From: Alistipes sp.
GTDB lineage: Bacteria > Bacteroidota > Bacteroidia > Bacteroidales > Rikenellaceae
Length of the DNA stretch: 64,000 bases
NCBI GenBank assembly: GCA_045655585.1
Contig: JAZOPO010000018.1
Span: 2,438 to 66,437 of the forward strand
Direction: 5' to 3'
In this document: piece after piece, positions 57,135 through 64,000 of the stretch
Numbering within the stretch: position 1 is the first letter of the stretch
Layout: every line of letters begins with the position of its first letter
Notes under the pieces: model-generated
Databases searched by the model: none
What the model saw: only the letters and a program-made list of their open reading frames with translations
Told to the model about the DNA's origin: nothing
Translations under genes and position numbers: made by a program

Positions 57135-59960
57135 CTACTTCTCGGGACGCATTACCACCTTGATAAGGTTGCCGTCGTCGAGAATCTTCTTAGCCAAAGC
57201 CTGAACATCGGCAGAGGTAACACCATTTACTGCGGGGAGATACTCCTCAACATTGTTGATGTTGTACTTATAGAACTCATAGATAGCACTTGACCACCAG
57301 TTGTTCTGCTCGATAGACTTGGTGTAGTTCTTATTCTCGTACTCGCGAGTCTTCTCCAAATCCTCGGCCAAAGGACCCTCCTTGGCAATCTTCTCAATCT
57401 CGGCAAATACGATGTCGGTAAGCTCGTCGGCCATCTGCTCGTTGGTGTCGAACGAAACCTCTACCATATACTCATTGAGGCGGGGTGTGAGCGACACGCG
57501 TGCGCTTACGCCATAAGTACCACCCTTCTCCTCGCGGATAGACTTCAAGTAGCGGTTACGCAACGCCTGTGAGAGGTAGGCTGCAACCACCTGGTTCTTC
57601 ATATCGAACTTCAAGTCGCCGCTGTAACCAACAAATACAGATACCTTGGGCTGCTCCATCTTGGTCTTGAAGTCGTTCACAACGCCACCCTTGACAGGTG
57701 CAACCTTGTCGTCGGTCTTGACATTGCCAGCCTTCTTTGCTGTGGGCAACGAGCCAAGATACTTCTCAACCAAGGGCTTCAACTCCTCGGGGCTCATATT
57801 ACCGATGAATGTGAAACGGAAGTCGGCAGCGTTAGAGTAGAGCTGCTTGTGAACCTGTGCCATATGCTCGAACTTGATGGTTGACAACAACTCGGGAGTG
57901 AGCTGCTGGCGACGGTGGCTGTTGCCGTAGATGGTCTTCATCAAATTCTGCGAGAAGATGAAGTCGGGGTTTGTCATCTGGTTAGCGAGCATTGCGTTGT
58001 AGCGGTTCATCAGTGTCTGGAAGTCATCCTCAGAGAAGCGAGGAGCAGTGAACTGCAAGTAGAGGAGCTGGAACATAGTCTCCACATCCTTCAACGCAGC
58101 GCGTGCTGTTACCATATGCTCGTAGTTGCTTACGCCAAGGCCAGCCTGTGCGGTCTTGCCCGAAAGCTGCTTGCGCAAGTCCGAAGCCGAGAACTTAGAG
58201 ATACCCGACATAGACATCACGCTACCCAACATCTGAGCCGAGTAGTACATATCGTCACCAAATACGGCAGCACCACCCTCCGATACAGCCTCAACGCCAA
58301 TGTTGTCGGCCTGATAGGGAGTCTGCTTGATGACAACCTTGATACCGTTCTTCAAAGTCCACTCGGTAAAGCCAAGAGATGTGTTCTCAACAGTCTTCTT
58401 CACGGGTGAACCCTTCAACACAACATCGTCGGCGATAAGGGGCTCCTTGACAACATTATCCTTGAAAGGCTCAACATCGGCAGCCACGGCAGCCTTCAAA
58501 GCCTCAACCAACTCAGCCTCCGTGGGGATAGCAACACCATCCTTCTGGGGTGAGTTAGCAACGATAACCACATTCTCCATAGGCTTGTACAACTGCTTAA
58601 CGGCAGCGTTAATCATCTCGCAAGTAATCATCTCCGTAAGCTGCTTGTCCAACTGATACTCGGTCTCAGCATCGTAGAGAGGAGTACCCTCGCGGAAGTT
58701 GTTGATGCACATATCGGCAAAGTCGCTGTGCTTGCGATCGGCACTACTCTTGTACTGCGACTCCAAGCCTGAGAGGATATTATTCTTGGCGCGCTCGAAC
58801 TCACCCTCGGTGAAGCCGTGGCGACGCATACGCTCCATCTCTGTGAGAAGCGCCTTGTAACCCTCCATCAACTTACCATCCTGAGTCATAACACGACCTG
58901 ACGACACCTCCAATGTAGAGCAGATACCAAAACCGCTTGCGGGGCTGAAATTTGCCTGAATGAAGGGAGCATCGGGCTTGCGCGCGATATCCGAAAGACG
59001 CTCGTTTATCATACGCGAGATGTACGACTTCATAATGTTGGTAAGCTCATACATCATCGTGTTGTTCATCTGCTTGGGCATAGCCTGCGACTTGTAGAAA
59101 ATCATCAGGTTAGACTGCTGCATCTCGGGGTCGGCATTCACGCTCACGATAGGCTCGGCATTGTCGGGAACAACGATAACATCCTTCTTTGCAGCGTCTG
59201 CTGCGGCAGCGGGAATGTCGGCCATAATGGTCTTTATCTTCTGCTCGACAACATCTACATCGATATCACCAACCACAACAACAGTCTGGTAGTCGGGGCG
59301 ATACCACTTGTGGTAGAACTCGCGAATATCGTCATAAGTAAAGCCTGACAGGCCGTCCAGATAACCGATAAGGTTGCGGTGCTCGTAGAGTGTACCCTTA
59401 CCCAGAGCCTTAATCATCTTAATCTGTGCACGCCACGAAGCGTTGTCGCGTGTACGCAACTCCTCCTGAATAACACCACGCTCGGCGTCAATCTCCTTGG
59501 GGTCGAGTGTGATGAAGTGTGACCAGTCGTGCAACACCAGCAACGCTGAGTCGATAACGCTCTCGCGTGCCACAGGTACATCGGTCATAAAGTACTGAGT
59601 CAAATCCCACGAAGTGAAGGCATTGAGGTTAGCACCGAACTTAACACCGATAGACTCCAAATACTGGATAAGGTTGTTGTCGGGGTAGTTCTTTGTGCCG
59701 TTGAATGCCATATGCTCGAGGAAGTGAGCCAAACCCTGCTGGTTGTCAGCCTCCTGAATAGCACCCACATCGTGAACGATGTAGAACTCGGCCATACCCT
59801 TCGGCTTCTCGTTATGACGGATGTAGTAGGTCAATCCGTTAGGCAGCACGCCCTTGCGAATCTCCTTGTCAGCAGGCAACTGCTGCGAGGGGTCGAACTG
59901 AGCCTGTGCCGCAGTCATACCCATAATGATGGCTACGACCAAAAACAAAAACTTTCTCAT
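57135..59960 (-). CDS. M16 family zinc peptidase (PqqL-like)
   Basis: Signal peptide; GLAHFLEHMAFNGT (HxxEH), NAFTS, IREEKGGTYG. Confidence 0.93.
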   Translation of the reverse strand: MRKFLFLVVAIIMGMTAAQAQFDPSQQLPADKEIRKGVLPNGLTYYIRHNEKPKGMAEFYIVHDVGAIQEADNQQGLAHFLEHMAFNGTKNYPDNNLIQYLESIGVKFGANLNAFTSWDLTQYFMTDVPVARESVIDSALLVLHDWSHFITLDPKEIDAERGVIQEELRTRDNASWRAQIKMIKALGKGTLYEHRNLIGYLDGLSGFTYDDIREFYHKWYRPDYQTVVVVGDIDVDVVEQKIKTIMADIPAAAADAAKKDVIVVPDNAEPIVSVNADPEMQQSNLMIFYKSQAMPKQMNNTMMYELTNIMKSYISRMINERLSDIARKPDAPFIQANFSPASGFGICSTLEVSSGRVMTQDGKLMEGYKALLTEMERMRRHGFTEGEFERAKNNILSGLESQYKSSADRKHSDFADMCINNFREGTPLYDAETEYQLDKQLTEMITCEMINAAVKQLYKPMENVVIVANSPQKDGVAIPTEAELVEALKAAVAADVEPFKDNVVKEPLIADDVVLKGSPVKKTVENTSLGFTEWTLKNGIKVVIKQTPYQADNIGVEAVSEGGAAVFGDDMYYSAQMLGSVMSMSGISKFSASDLRKQLSGKTAQAGLGVSNYEHMVTARAALKDVETMFQLLYLQFTAPRFSEDDFQTLMNRYNAMLANQMTNPDFIFSQNLMKTIYGNSHRRQQLTPELLSTIKFEHMAQVHKQLYSNAADFRFTFIGNMSPEELKPLVEKYLGSLPTAKKAGNVKTDDKVAPVKGGVVNDFKTKMEQPKVSVFVGYSGDLKFDMKNQVVAAYLSQALRNRYLKSIREEKGGTYGVSARVSLTPRLNEYMVEVSFDTNEQMADELTDIVFAEIEKIAKEGPLAEDLEKTREYENKNYTKSIEQNNWWSSAIYEFYKYNINNVEEYLPAVNGVTSADVQALAKKILDDGNLIKVVMRPEK

Positions 59961-59994
59961 CTCTCTTTCTATTATAATAATTAATTATTAATTT

Positions 59995-60288
59995 CTACTC
60001 CTGCGGTTTCTTGTGGATGCAAAGGCCCGCTATAAGGCCGATGAGCATACCTATACCCATACCGAACTGCGTCTTGCCCAGCAGCATACCCACCACAGCA
60101 CCCACACCAAGGCCGATAATCATACCCGGCACCATATGGGTCTTGACCTCCACAACGGGTGTATGTTGCTTGGCCTCCTCCATCAGCACCTCGTCTTCCG
60201 AGGGCTTGGGGCCCTCATCGCCCTCGAAGGCACTCTCGTCTACAAAGGGGTTTTTATACTTTATCTTCTTCTCTTTGTTCTCTTCCAT
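59995..60288 (-). CDS. Small membrane protein with glycine-zipper hairpin
   Basis: Acidic N-terminus then GMIIGLGVGAVVG and GMGIGMLIGLIAG. Confidence 0.65.
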   Translation of the reverse strand: MEENKEKKIKYKNPFVDESAFEGDEGPKPSEDEVLMEEAKQHTPVVEVKTHMVPGMIIGLGVGAVVGMLLGKTQFGMGIGMLIGLIAGLCIHKKPQE

Positions 60289-60538
60289 AGCGTGTTATAT
60301 CAAAGTTAGTCACCAAATAACGCGGGACATTACAAAATTAATCTATTATTTCATATATTATCACAAAAAACCTCATTTTTTTGCATTATCGCCCTGCATC
60401 GACTCGCAAACGAGGGCGCGGTTATGACAAATCGTAAAAATATTTTCGCTCAGGGTTAATAACCATAACAAAATATCGCTATATTTGTAATAGAGTAAAA
60501 CGACAAACCAAAAACCTAAAAACCTAAAATCTATAACT

Positions 60539-61879
60539 ATGAATGTTAACAATGTAATGGCAGACCTCGAACGCAAACACCCGGGTGAGAGCGAGTACTT
60601 GCAGGCAGTACGCGAGGTATTGGAGTCTATCGAGGAGGTTTACAACGACCACCCCGAATTTGAGCGTGCAAAGATTGTTGAGCGTATGGTTGAGCCCGAC
60701 CGCATCATCACCTTCCGCGTGACTTGGGTTGACGACAAGGGCGAGATTCAGACCAACCTCGGCTACCGCGTGCAGTTCAACAGCGCGCTTGGTCCTTACA
60801 AGGGCGGTATCCGTTTCCACGCTGCGGTGAATCCCTCGATGTTGAAGTTCCTCGGCTTCGAGCAGACATTCAAGAATGCCCTCACCACGCTTCCTATGGG
60901 CGGTGCGAAGGGTGGCTCTGATTTCAGCCCCAAGGGTAAGTCTGACGCTGAGATTATGCGCTTCTGTCAGGCATTTATGTTGGAGTTGTGGCAGAACATC
61001 GGCCCCGACACAGATGTTCCCGCAGGTGATGTGGGCGTAGGTGGCCGCGAGATTGGATATATGTATGGTATGTACAAGAAGTTGGCACGCGAGTACAACA
61101 CAGGCGTCTTGACAGGCAAGGGCCTTACTTGGGGTGGCTCATTGGTTCGTCCCGAGGCTACGGGTTACGGCGCATTGTACTTCGTGGAGCATATGTTGCA
61201 GCAGGCTGGCAAGGATATCGTGGGCAAGACTGTGGCTATCTCAGGCTTCGGTAATGTAGCGTGGGGTGCAGCACAGAAGGCAACAGAGCTTGGCGCAAAG
61301 GTTATCGCCATTTCGGGTCCCGATGGTGTTATCTACAACCCCAACGGTATGACTCCCGAGAAGATTGATTATATGTTGGAGCTTCGCGCATCAAACCGCG
61401 ACATCGTAGCTCCCTTTGCTGAGCGCTTCCCCGATGCAGAGTTCATCCCCGGCAAGAAGGCGTGGAGCATCAAGTGCGACATCGCACTCCCCTGCGCATT
61501 CCAGAATGAGCTTACAGGCGACGACGCTAAGGAGCTCTTGGCAAACGGCACTTGGTGTGCTGCCGAGGTATCGAATATGGGTTGTACACCCGAGGCTATC
61601 GCCGCTTTCCAGCAGGCAGGTATCCTCTTCGCCCCGGGTAAGGCTGTAAACGCTGGTGGCGTGGCTACATCGGGTTTGGAGATGACACAGAACGCACAGC
61701 ACCTCTCTTGGTCAGCCGAGGAGGTAGACCAGAAGCTGCACTACATTATGTCGCAGATTCATCAGGCGTGCGTAACCTACGGCGAGCAGCCCAACGGCTA
61801 CATCAACTATGTGAAGGGTGCTAACATCGCAGGCTTTATGAAGGTTGCACAGGCAATGCTGGAGCAGGGCGTGATTTAA
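60539..61879 (+). CDS. gdhA: Glutamate dehydrogenase (NAD(P)-specific)
   Basis: GPYKGGIRF, FEQTFKN, GGAKGGSDF, DVPAGD, RPEATGYG, NAGGVATS. Confidence 0.96.
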   Translation: MNVNNVMADLERKHPGESEYLQAVREVLESIEEVYNDHPEFERAKIVERMVEPDRIITFRVTWVDDKGEIQTNLGYRVQFNSALGPYKGGIRFHAAVNPSMLKFLGFEQTFKNALTTLPMGGAKGGSDFSPKGKSDAEIMRFCQAFMLELWQNIGPDTDVPAGDVGVGGREIGYMYGMYKKLAREYNTGVLTGKGLTWGGSLVRPEATGYGALYFVEHMLQQAGKDIVGKTVAISGFGNVAWGAAQKATELGAKVIAISGPDGVIYNPNGMTPEKIDYMLELRASNRDIVAPFAERFPDAEFIPGKKAWSIKCDIALPCAFQNELTGDDAKELLANGTWCAAEVSNMGCTPEAIAAFQQAGILFAPGKAVNAGGVATSGLEMTQNAQHLSWSAEEVDQKLHYIMSQIHQACVTYGEQPNGYINYVKGANIAGFMKVAQAMLEQGVI

Positions 61880-61911
61880 TTTCACGCGCTACGGCACATA
61901 CAAGCAAGGCT

Positions 61912-61945
61912 AAGGCTGTTGGAGTTTTCCGACAGCCTTTGTTTT
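61912..61945 (+). terminator. Intrinsic terminator
   Basis: AAGGCTGTTGG / CCGACAGCCTT plus T-rich tail. Confidence 0.75.
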
Positions 61946-62209
61946 ATGCGCTGATGCCGCATACCGTGCGCCCGTTTACCTTATATTTAATTAAGAGAGC
62001 AACAATACCCGAAAATAGCAAAAAACAGAGCGCGAGATTTGCTGAAATTTTACTTAATACTCAAATTATTGATATTTTTTAGCAAAGGGTGTTGTAAATT
62101 AAAAAAATATTCGTAACTTTATATTTCGAACGCGCTAAGCTAAACCAACCGAGGCTCGTTCAGCAAAAAGCAAACTAACTAAAATAAAAACCTATAAAAC
62201 TTCACGAAT

Positions 62210-64000
62210 ATGAAAAACTATTCAGCAATGGAGATTAAGAACATCGTTCTTATTGGCGCCCCCGGCACTGGAAAAACTACCCTTGCCGAAGCTATGGCTT
62301 ATGAGGGTAAGGTCATCGACCGCAGGGGTAGTATCGAAACAAACAACACAATTTCGGATAATACGGATATTGAGCACGAGTACAAGCGCTCGATTTATTC
62401 GACAACCCTTTTCACAGAGTTTATGGGCCGTAAGCTCAACATCATCGACTGCCCGGGCTCTGATGACTTCTGTGGTAGCCTCTTCTCTGCTTTCAAGGTA
62501 GGTGATGTAGGTATTATGGTTATGAATGCTCAGAATGGCTGGGAGGTTGGTAACGAGATTCAGTCTCGCTACGCTCGCATCTTGAACAAGCCTTTGATTG
62601 GTGTTATCAACCAGCTCGATGGCGACAAGGCTAACTTCGACGCAACAGTGGAGGGTATCCGCGCTGCATCGCCCGTGAAGCCCATCGTTGTACAGTATCC
62701 CGTAGAGGTTGGTGCTGGCTTCAACGCATTCATCGATGTATTGATGATGAAGATGTACCGCTTCACCGACGAGAATGGTACTCGCGAGGAGTTGGATATT
62801 CCCGAGGATCAGTTGGAGTATGCTCAGGCATTGAACCAGGAGCTCTCGGAGGCTGCTGCCGTTTACGATGACGCTTTGATGGAGCTCTACTTCGAGAAGG
62901 GCGCGTTGACACAGGACGGTATCCGTTCTGGTTTGAAGCTCGGCGTTGCTAACCGCGAGGTTATGCCTATCTTCTGCGCAAGTGGTAAGCGCGACATCGG
63001 TACTAAGCGTTTGATGGAGTTCATCATCAATGTTGCTCCGGGCCCGACTACACCCACAACAGCACCTAAGTTCTTGTCTACTGAGGGTGAGGAGTTGGTA
63101 GCTGACGCATCACAGCCCGCAGTTGTATTCGTATTCAAGAGCCAGATTGAGCAACATATCGGTGAGATTACTTACTTCCGCGTAGTTCGTGGTAAGATTT
63201 CGGAGGGTATGGAGCTTGTAAACAGCCGCACAGGTAACAAGGAGAAGCTCTCACAGCTCTTCGCCGTGGCTGGTAAGAACCGTATTAAGGTTACTGAGCT
63301 CTCAGCAGGTGACATCGGTTGCACCGTTAAGTTGAAGGCTACACGCACAAACGATACTTTGGCAGCGGCAGGCGCACATGTTAAGGTTGAGCCTATCGTA
63401 TTCCCCGAGCCTCGCTACCGCGCAGCTGTTAAGGCTAAGGAGCAGGGTGACGAGGAGAAGCTCGGCAAGTTGTTGAACGACATCAAGTACGAGGACCCCA
63501 CAATCTTGGTAGAGTACTCTAAGGAGCTCAAGCAGACCATCATTCAGGGTCAGGGTGAGCACCACCTCAACATCGTGAAGACTCGTTTGGCAAACGACAA
63601 CAAGCTCGAAATTGAGTACTTCGCACCGAAGATTCCTTATCGTGAGACTATCACTAAGGTTGCACAGGCCGACTACCGCCACAAGAAGCAGTCTGGTGGT
63701 GCAGGTCAGTTTGGTGAGGTACATATGGTTATCGAGCCTTACTACGAGGGTATGCCCGAGCCTACTAAGTACAAGGTTGGCGGCAAGGAGATTACCGTAA
63801 ACATCAAGGGTAAGGAGGAGTACGACCTCGATTGGGGCGGCAAGTTGCAGTTCTACAACTCAATCGTTGGTGGTGCTATCGACGCACGCTTTATGCCTGC
63901 AATCTTGAAGGGTATTATGGAGAAGATGGACGAGGGTCCGTTGACAGGTTCATACGCTCGCGATATTCGCGTTGTTATCTACGATGGTAAGATGCACCCC
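62210..64000 (+). CDS. fusA2: Elongation factor G paralog EF-G2 (3'-truncated by window)
   Basis: Read from sequence: MKNYSAMEIKNIVLIGAPGTGKTTLAE..IIDCPGSDDF..INQLD..GQGEHHL..YRETI..HKKQSGGAGQFGEV; absent from ORF track because it runs off the window. Confidence 0.9.
   Translation, partial: MKNYSAMEIKNIVLIGAPGTGKTTLAEAMAYEGKVIDRRGSIETNNTISDNTDIEHEYKRSIYSTTLFTEFMGRKLNIIDCPGSDDFCGSLFSAFKVGDVGIMVMNAQNGWEVGNEIQSRYARILNKPLIGVINQLDGDKANFDATVEGIRAASPVKPIVVQYPVEVGAGFNAFIDVLMMKMYRFTDENGTREELDIPEDQLEYAQALNQELSEAAAVYDDALMELYFEKGALTQDGIRSGLKLGVANREVMPIFCASGKRDIGTKRLMEFIINVAPGPTTPTTAPKFLSTEGEELVADASQPAVVFVFKSQIEQHIGEITYFRVVRGKISEGMELVNSRTGNKEKLSQLFAVAGKNRIKVTELSAGDIGCTVKLKATRTNDTLAAAGAHVKVEPIVFPEPRYRAAVKAKEQGDEEKLGKLLNDIKYEDPTILVEYSKELKQTIIQGQGEHHLNIVKTRLANDNKLEIEYFAPKIPYRETITKVAQADYRHKKQSGGAGQFGEVHMVIEPYYEGMPEPTKYKVGGKEITVNIKGKEEYDLDWGGKLQFYNSIVGGAIDARFMPAILKGIMEKMDEGPLTGSYARDIRVVIYDGKMHP

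Noticed and set aside
61950-62209. Search for a Cur-type operator or riboswitch upstream of fusA2
   Set aside because: Only a weak TTTGCT..AGCAAA inverted repeat; no convincing match

Overview
Chromosomal window from a Bacteroidota genome, most likely Rikenellaceae/Alistipes-like. This is inferred from gene content and many TAnnTTTG -7 / TTTG -33 promoter boxes. Positions 1 to ~8620 are the right end of an AT-rich mobilizable island abutting the 3' end of tRNA-Cys(GCA). It carries a relaxase C-terminus and defence-type cargo: an unknown membrane/coiled-coil gene pair, an m5C MTase-DUF3883 nuclease-m5C MTase operon behind a highly structured, possibly switchable ~200-nt leader, a YfbU-family gene with a membrane partner, and a frameshifted ApeA-like HEPN gene. 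The rest is more GC-rich core genome: dprA, tatD, ansA, exbB/exbD operon, AraC regulator, TamL, yidD-rnpA-hemD, ispH-cmk, folC-lnt, a lipoprotein deformylase, an ECF sigma/beta-barrel anti-sigma/NigD module, rpmH, galE, rplY-pth, an M16 peptidase, gdhA and a partial EF-G2. Its intergenic regions hold a candidate sRNA, two dispersed repeat families with compensatory base changes, and a large multi-arm palindromic element. No CRISPR array or rRNA was seen. All calls come from motif recognition by eye; no database search or folding program was run.
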